A program made the position numbers and the translations under genes. Of a DNA stretch of 64,000 nt, positions 56,015 to 64,000 are shown in pieces (the stretch's first letter is position 1; the number at the start of each line of letters is the position of its first letter). The stretch covers positions 1-64,000 of the forward strand of contig JYFJ02001033.1 in the NCBI GenBank assembly GCA_000934665.2, in the 5' to 3' direction. The notes below the pieces were generated by a model that made no database searches, was not told where the DNA came from, and worked only from the letters and a program-made list of their open reading frames with translations. The stretch comes from Catajapyx aquilonaris (Eukaryota).

Positions 56015-59000
56015 TCATTCGTAGCTAACAGTGTGCCAGAAACTCCAGATGTGGTCATTGCAATCCTGTCAAATGATATGAAGTAATATGCATTGATAAG
56101 TACGTTGTTCGTATTTCTAAATTCAATGTGAGAACTTACTGTTTTATATGCTCCGAAGAGGCAGAAGCTCATCCCTTCTATGTAGCTACAGTACTCATCT
56201 TCCAATTTTGATTTTGGGGCTGCAAAGGGCAATGATATAGTTAAGCATATGTACAGTACTGTTTATGAGATGTGGCCTACTGACTTTATGGTTCAATTAT
56301 TGCAATTATGCTTCAGCTCATGCTACATAATCCATGTAATGCTATCGCACATGGTTTTATGTTTGAACAAAAAGAAAGAAACCATATTTAGAGGATGATT
56401 TATTGAATTGTGCATTCTTCCAAATTATTTGGAATGGCTTGCACAGCTTGTAACAATTTGCTGTTTTTCGTAGATGGTATGTTGTACAGGGCTGGTAGTA
56501 GTTTTGCTGATGTGAGTATCATGTTGAGATGTTTCCCTTCAACATTGACACCATCTGTATCTCAGAAATATATTATGTGGCAAGGTGAATAATTGAAGCC
56601 ATTTTGGAAAATAGGGCACGTGTCAGGAGGAAATGGAATGGAGAAAATTGAGAAAAACGTACAACTTGGTAAATGACAAGTGCCCTTTATGCCGATAACA
56701 TGCAACCCGACGCACGTGACATGTGCCCTTGTTACAAGACAGCCTAATCTTCAAACCCCATTTTCAGCTGTGACAAATGTTCCTTTTGTTGTACACTTTT
56801 CTCAGGACCTCAGAAACAATCCCCCCTGCCATTTAGTGATAATAACTCGAATATTACAAAAGAGTGACATGTGCCCTTTTTGCCAAAAGGGCTTCAATTT
56901 TGTGGGATAAGGAGGAGAAGTTAACACACAAATTCAGCAAAAATATTGGCTCTATTTGCCATCATTGGGCAGAGTTCTTGTGTACTCTGTCATGATCTAT
57001 ATACTGTACATAAATGAGTTTGTTTGTGGCTTCACTATACAGGGTGTTTCCGAGCTATCTTTACAAACTGCTAGGGCGTGTAGGGGAGGCAGAGATGATC
57101 AGATTTGACCAATGCACCCCTGGTCAGAAAAGCCATCTAGAGGGGGTTCATAGACAAGGAACATGTCACGCGGGAGGTGCTAGGTGAGCGGACTGTGTTG
57201 TTGATCGATGGCCCGCAGTTGTTGCCAGGTTATGGAGTATCACGTTGTTGTAAGTCAACAACGACGCGATATGCCATAACTTGGCAACTACAGAACCGCT
57301 GTTTACTATCTGCTCGTCTCCTAGGGGATGGACTTGCTAGATGGGTCTGTTGTTACCAGGTTATGGCACATCGCGTCGTCGTTTACTATCCGAGTGCCAT
57401 CTATCAACAAAACAGTTAGCTCGCCTAGCGGCTCCAGTGCAGCATGACATGTCGGAGCGCACCCGTTCCTTGTCTTTGAACCACCTCTAGATGGCGTTTC
57501 CGACCGCAGGTGGATTGGTCAAAACTGATCGTCTCTGCCTCCCCTACACACCCTAGCAGTTTGTAAAGATAGCCCGGAAACACCCTGTATAAATCCAACG
57601 GAATGTCCCTACACTGCGGTCACTGCCTTAAACTAGCTCATCGGAGGTTACTTTTTCCAGGAATTTAATGCCGCATATTTCAGCTTTCGAAAATGAGCCT
57701 AACTCCCACAATATGCATATTCCCGAATCCTCTCACTACTGGGGCCTCAACAATATCCAACTTAACAATATCAAAAATTTCTATTTTTCCAAGTTCGCAT
57801 TCCCATGGAAATGCCCTTATGCAACAATACCTGGCAAATTAAACCATCAGGCCAGGCATCAGGCGTTTTGCATTTGCATCGATGTCTCGCGCCTCTCTTT
57901 TTTACACATCCTATCACCGTAAATTCAAGGCAAACCAAGGCAATATAGCCACCTCACGTGAGTTCGTATGGTGTGGTCATTCCGGAATTTTGTGAGATAT
58001 TTTGAAGTAGACTTCCAGACACAAATCAATCTGGACATACAACATTACTCACAGTGTTGAAAACTAACTTTCCCACCCAGCATCTGTGTATACATTTCTA
58101 AAGTTCTTCAGGGCAAACATATGGAACGAGGTGGGTGTGGAAGGTGGGGTGAAGGGGGGGGGGGTGAAGGGGGTCAAGAATTCTGGGGGAAAAACACATG
58201 TCTGTGCTCTGTGCAGTCTTTTCCTGGGCCAACTATCCGCATTCCTCTTTTTACAATCAGCATGTCTGTGTTGACTACACTATAACCGAAGCAGGTAATC
58301 TATCACAGATATTGACAAACGTTGGCTAATTGTAACTTGTAAGGCCTGTTTTAAGGGATATCGAGTTTCGAGTGTATGGAAAGCAAATTTTACACACTGA
58401 CAAACTTCATGATATATATGTATCCGGCCACAAGATACTTTCTTTAGCCTATAATTGCTCATCCGGAATTGAGCATCACACTACCTATATGGAATCTTCC
58501 AAGAAAGATGTTCAATCCCAAGACTGAATCATTTTTGAAGTACTGGTAATGTGTTAGATTTCATTCAACCTGTCCCAAGAAACTTTGTATGTTTCTCTAC
58601 AAAGCAGCACGCATTGTGAGTGTATGTTTTAGTCTAGGTTTTTATAGTGTTGAAACGGTATTTCTTTCCTAGTAACTCTATCTATTTAATGATGCACTGC
58701 ATCACGTATAGAACCTGCAATGTGATACTGACCGTTGCTCTGGTGGCACTCATTGATTAGGCGTGGTAAAATGGAATTTTCTGGCAAAGACGATGACACT
58801 TTTTCAGTGTCAAGTTTGCCATCCTCATCCAACTGAAATATTTAAAAAGTATGGTGAATCTGTGAGTTTATTCGCTAGCATATAGTAGCATATCTGGTTC
58901 TTACCCATTGTGCTCTTCCAAAGGTGCACTCTGCTGGACACTGAGAAAAAATTCATCATATATGTTACATCAATCAATGCACAATATTATTGGGTTATTG

Positions 59001-59776
59001 CACAATCTCTCCCCATATTTATACAGACCATCGTGCATTGCTCCAGATGATCTCGATTCACCATTGAAAAGTCAGGTCGTGGTCCCCTGCAATATTCCTT
59101 TTCGGAAGTTCATGCCTGGAAGATTCCAATCACTATTACTATGCCACCTTTTCTTTGGGACCATCTGGCCAACTCACCAACTCGAACGCCTCTCGAACGC
59201 ATAGTCCTAAGGCATTAGCAAGTTTACACAGATCTTTCTTTCCAACTTGAGCTTCAGCTATATAAAATCGTTATGTAATTATATCATGTTTTCTTCGCCT
59301 ATATCTGAGCCTTCTTTGTCTTGTTCAAAGAGTATTGGAACAGGATTCATTTTACCTGTTTGGAGACATTCTGATCCAATTTCCTTTAAGTCATCTTGTG
59401 AGTTTGGAAATTCATCTTCAGGAAAGAAGAACTTTTGTAGCATGTCGAGATTTGGCGTGCCATCTTCCTCTACCTGAACAGCGTTAGCATTTCATGTAAT
59501 TACGCACATTGCATTGCATAACTCGAAACAGCAACCACCAGAAAATTACTTACCCATCCAGATTTTTCAGCAACACAAGCCAAAGGACACTGGAATAACA
59601 CATGAAATATCATCCTTAATTTTTCTAGGTTTTAATTACAAACTTACTGCAAAGCATTCTGAATGTGCAAACTTGAGTCGAGTGCCGCCTTCCCCAAGGT
59701 TACATTGCTCCTCACACTGGATGTTCGCGATTGCGGCGAACAAAATTATCGAAAAGAAAATGCATGTATGCAGCAT
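56015..59776 (-). CDS. Secreted Cys-rich protein with two tandem odorant-binding-protein-like domains, 9 exons, 232 aa
   Basis: Exons 59648-59776, 59554-59589, 59356-59473, 59178-59257, 59029-59097, 58905-58940, 58733-58832, 56140-56219 and 56015-56065 are GT-AG, phase-consistent and stop-free. Signal MLHTCIFFSIILFAAIANIQC. Each unit has Cx3C (CPLAC/CPAEC), a DG..[ND] loop, EC and Cx8C. AATAAA on the minus strand at 55952-55957. The exon 5 splice sites are weak. Confidence 0.8.
57040..57587. mobile_element. Tc1/mariner-type MITE, 548 bp, TA duplication, nearly fully palindromic
   Basis: TA|CAGGGTGTTTCCGAGCTATCTTTACAAACTGCTAGGG ... CCCTAGCAGTTTGTAAAGATAGCCCGGAAACACCCTG|TA. Imperfect complementarity continues most of the way to the centre. 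Confidence 0.9.
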
Positions 59777-62044
59777 ATTTGTAACGACCACAATATGCAC
59801 TTCACTATTGATGTAGTCAGGATTACAACTGGCTATATATATGAATAGGTCCTGCACTGTATCTTGTGGCATTTGGTATCGAAGTTACGTGCCTGCTTCC
59901 TGCAGTGTTGATAATCGGCGATGCAATGAAAACTGCAGGATGACGATATCCGGATTTTTCGTGTGTGTGACATTCAATGACTTTCAAACCCAGTTAATAC
60001 GTAATGGGGGTAGCTCAGCTAATTCAATCGCATCTCCTTCCCACACCGCACGTCGACGTCCTCAATACAATTTCTTTTTTAGCTCATGTAACAGCTTACT
60101 CATGTTCTACTTTGTTTCTCGGGAACACAATATATTGCTGTGTATGGCGTAGCCCTATACAGTAACGGTTACAAAATTTCTCACTGCGCAACACATACAC
60201 GCAAAATCCTATGTTCCTCTAGTATAGTCTAGTGACATACCATGGCGTATGTAAAGTATAGAGGTCACAAAGAACGATTTACTCGTATGACCCATTTTAG
60301 TCCGTCACCTCCGAACTGGATCAGACAATCAGGAAGGATTCCCTCACCTTGGGTACGTCATGGTAGGCGATCCAGAATAAAAGGATTCTCATGTGTCAAC
60401 TGGATGCAACTGGTGTCATATTATATTGTGTCTCACAAGTCAATTGTTGCGTGAGAAACATGCGAGGCATCCGCAGATATTTTCTCTACGTGCTATAACA
60501 AGACACTATAGGAAACGGGGTTTTGGATTTCTTCAAGAACACATTGAAATATTTCTAGCTCAAAATAAGTGGTGTACTGTACCTGGTCGGTTTGCAGTAA
60601 GGGTGCAGTATGTATGTCCTCTTATCCCGCTGATCACGTGAGAGAGGGCCGCCGCGCCGTCGAGGTACTGTACTCTGTATAATTATTTTGGTGATGCATA
60701 GATTCAATAAGGCCATGTATACTCTACAGGCCAACAGCTAATAGAAAACTATTAGAGTCGACGAAAGATTTTGTTTCAAATAGTGTAGAGCCTGCCCTAC
60801 TTCTTTCATCCTGTGCTCCTACTTTTGTCTAATAATGTGTACGGTATTCGGTAGCCTATACCTGTTTTGCCATAACGGTTTTACTAGATATGTGAGGACG
60901 AACAGACATTCAAGAGGAAAGATCTTATTATATGAACTGTATATATACGAACTGTACGAAAATTATTCTCAAGAATAAACTGCAGTTTTTTGATACCCAA
61001 GTCATGTGGAAAGTCCTGGCTTATTGTAAGCCACGTGTTGTAAGCACAGCCATTTCGTTCACTCAGACAAACTGTAGAGCTCAGTTTTCTGTGTAAAAAT
61101 GAACTTATATGCGGTATAGTTCCCTTGAAAATATCAAGTTGCTGGCTTTACAGGCCATAAAAATAATATGAAATGAATTAACATAATTGGAAACGCTTGC
61201 AGAAGAGAACATAACATATTAAAAGCTGGGTTGGTGGTGGGGGGGCTTGCATTAGTTTAATTGCAAATGTGCGCCGTCAGCAGCATAGGACTCGTTCACA
61301 GGGTATGTGCATTTGTTGGAAGCCTTGCGATATTAGGTCGCAGATTTCCGCTCTGGTTTCTTCCTTGAAAGGTGAAACAGTGACTTAACCAGCATTTGTT
61401 TGACTGGCCTTTCGCTGACAGGATTATCCAAAACCTGCTCGTCCCTTTGAAGCCTATAAAATAGGCCTGCCATACTCGTATCCAAATCCCGTAAGCCGTA
61501 TATCAACACAACATGCACGAACAGGTGACATTTTTCGCTCCATTTTGGTCTATCGTACTCGTGGAAATGTGCAGTAAGTAGAATTTCGTGCACCTGGAAA
61601 ATAGTGAAGTGCCAAATAATTTGAGTTTACTACCCAATAGTAGGTTTCCTTCATAATGAGAAACTACGCAATTTTTGGTACATTCGAGCTTTTGGATATT
61701 CGCGCCATGATTGATGCCTGTACAAACATGGCTGCCTTTCACTGCAAGCCATCTGGTGTTAATGCTAAATCCATGTCTCGGTTGCTAGGTTGTAGGTTCA
61801 TGAAACTAAAGAAAACATGGCGATTGACTGAAGAACGTTCGATGGAGATCCGGAGAGTTGGATCCGGATTTCCTTCACTTGACCAGCACTGCTGATGCTA
61901 TAGGGTGAATTTAAGATAGGTCTAGGCCACGCGTAGTTCAGGCCGGTCCAGGCTAACATGCGTAGCAAGCTTGTCTGGTGACATGACCGAATTCACGTGG
62001 GGAAATGTTGTTGACCCATATAATTCCATTCACAGGTGGGGATA

Positions 62045-63674
62045 ATGGCCTTGCCGTTCAAGTACTTCAGGACAGCCCGCCTGGCTCTTATCTTCCTCTG
62101 CTTGGGCCTGCTCGTCCTCGCCTGGAACGTTCACGAGCTATGGTCTCTGCACAGCCAGGAGTTGAATTATCCGTGCCACTTGCATCCAGCTCAGGGCACG
62201 GAGGGCACGGAGAAGAAACTCACGTATGCTGTGCATGGGAAGAATGTCAGTATTATGTCCATTGTGTGTGGGTTGACAATAAGTGTTGAATATGTTGCTT
62301 TCCTGGATCAGACTAGGCAAGGGTTAGGTTGTGGAATTTGTGCTACACTGGTTCTCCATGATTAATGGAGTCAAACTGCCTATTCTCTCCAGGATTACAT
62401 GCCCTCAAAAATACGTTATCTTCTTTGGATAGCATGACATTAGTAGGGAGTAGATAGAGGTTTAAAGTGTATGAAATTGTATTTATCCATAAATTGTGGC
62501 TAGCCAGTGAAAACAGGTGACCATTGCTATAGTAAGACTTGCTGTTGTTGATGCATTTGGCCCAGAGAAATGGGCTGTCACAGAAATGGTGAATTCCAAT
62601 ATTGCAGAAACTTATTATGCGTACGGTACTTTAAAAAAATTATTTTTGTACATACCACAGATTTTTATGCTACTAACATTCTATTACCTTTCCAGGTTGA
62701 CTCTGGTTACTTGAAGCATGTGCACTTAGTCATAGGCAATTTGGGCTTTGAACGTCAGCCACTGGAAACTCCTGGGTGGGATCTTCTCTGGTCCCATGAT
62801 TATCCATTCAAGACCCTGAAAAGTAAAATGCTCAACCTAGAGCCTCATCAGAAGGTGAACCATTTTCCTGGATCAGGTTACATCACCAACAAGAGGACTC
62901 TGGCACTTTCTAATCACTCATTCGTCCCAAAATCCTTCAGAATTCCGGAAGACAAGATTGCATACTTGGATTATGTAAGCATGTTATTTTGTCTTTGAAT
63001 CTGCTTTGTCACTTAAATTATTGAGAGAGTTTCAATTGGGCTTTGTGAGTACTATATCACTCAAAAAGATGAGACAATTTTGCATTAATTATTATTTACC
63101 AATTATTCTGTGAAATGTGTCTGCTGCACATATATTGCAAATTGAACTTTTTATAAGGGCCATTGGTGATTTTACCTAATGATGCACTAAGCAAGTTTTA
63201 TTAATTGTGTCATTGCAGGTTAAAAAGGATCCAAATGCTACTTTTGTCCAAAAAAATGGGAGCCACCGAGGTGTCCAGTTTCTTTTTCCTGGCCAACCCC
63301 TCCCAGACACACAGGAAGTATATTTTGTGCAGGAGTATGTGAATAACCCCTATCTAATAGATGGGCACAAGTTTGACATTGGGGTGTATGTCATTGTGAC
63401 TTCAATCCAGCCCCTAAGGGTGTATGCATACTATGGCGATATATTGCTCAGGTAAATTTTTCCATTTTATGAAGTGAAATGCCTTTGTAAAAGGATTTTT
63501 TGTTCTGCAATAGGTTTTGTCCTCACAAGTATCATCCATTTGACCCAGCAGACAAGGACAAATATGTTGTAGGTGATGACTACCTACCTCCCTGGCAGGT
63601 GCCATCCATCAAGAGGTACATGGATAGTGGATACAATGCGAAAAGTGCCATTACTGGGTACCTCTGGCATGAAG
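62045..63674 (+). CDS. TTLL15: TTL-family ATP-grasp protein (tubulin polyglutamylase TTLL15-like) with N-terminal signal anchor; 3'-partial
   Basis: Exons 62045-62245, 62696-62974, 63219-63451 and 63514-63674, phase-consistent; TACTAAC branch point at 62671. Motifs WDLLWSHDYPF, QKVNHFPGSGYITNK, FVQK..HRGV, FVQEYVNNPYLIDGHKFDIGVYV and LLRFC. The gene continues beyond the window. Confidence 0.85.
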
Positions 63675-64000
63675 GTAATGGTAATTTGGGTACGAGTACT
63701 GTACATCCAAATGAACAACTGGGTTCCTTCTCAACACATTGAACTGCATTGCAAAAAATGCGTTAATTAATAATTATTGTGGTTCTAACATTGGTGGCAT
63801 TTCTCCATAAATGAAATTGGTAAAAGTGAAAGCCTTTTATTTGTGTACGAGTAGCGGACCCTTTGCCAAATTTTGGCAACACTGCTTGGCCCACCTCCCA
63901 CCTTGGGAGTTGTACGATAGGCCCCTACCAGTTGGCACATAGACTGTCGCCTCTGCACACTGCTGCCATGCTTATAGGGAAAGTAGTACTACCTGCATGT

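Noticed and set aside
61280..61593. Minus-strand ORF fragments faintly resembling a MIF/tautomerase
   Set aside because: Needs a frameshift, and has no N-terminal Pro exon or coherent splice model.

Overview
Gene-dense eukaryotic DNA with short GT-AG introns. The gene content points to an arthropod, probably a pancrustacean or hexapod. I hand-assembled ten intron-containing protein genes with phase-consistent splice sites: eIF3f (-), NFRKB/INO80G (+), an ADAMTS metalloprotease (-), a GPI-anchored Ly6/three-finger protein (-), two convergent GABA-receptor-family Cys-loop subunits (Grd-like +, CG8916-like -), mitochondrial acyl carrier protein (+), Ubc9 (+), a nine-exon secreted protein with two tandem odorant-binding-protein-like Cys domains (-; mostly invisible in the ORF track), and a TTLL15-like ATP-grasp protein with an N-terminal signal anchor (+, runs off the window). 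Introns and spacers carry many MITE or fold-back elements (mariner/pogo-, Tourist- and piggyBac-like ends). Housekeeping gene bodies look CpG-depleted by eye, while the neural genes do not. The most notable items are the duplicated-domain OBP-like gene, an mtACP with an intact core but no intact ATG-initiated first exon, the Ly6-Grd-8916 neighbourhood and the signal-anchored TTL-family enzyme. Family assignments come from motif recognition; no database searches were run.
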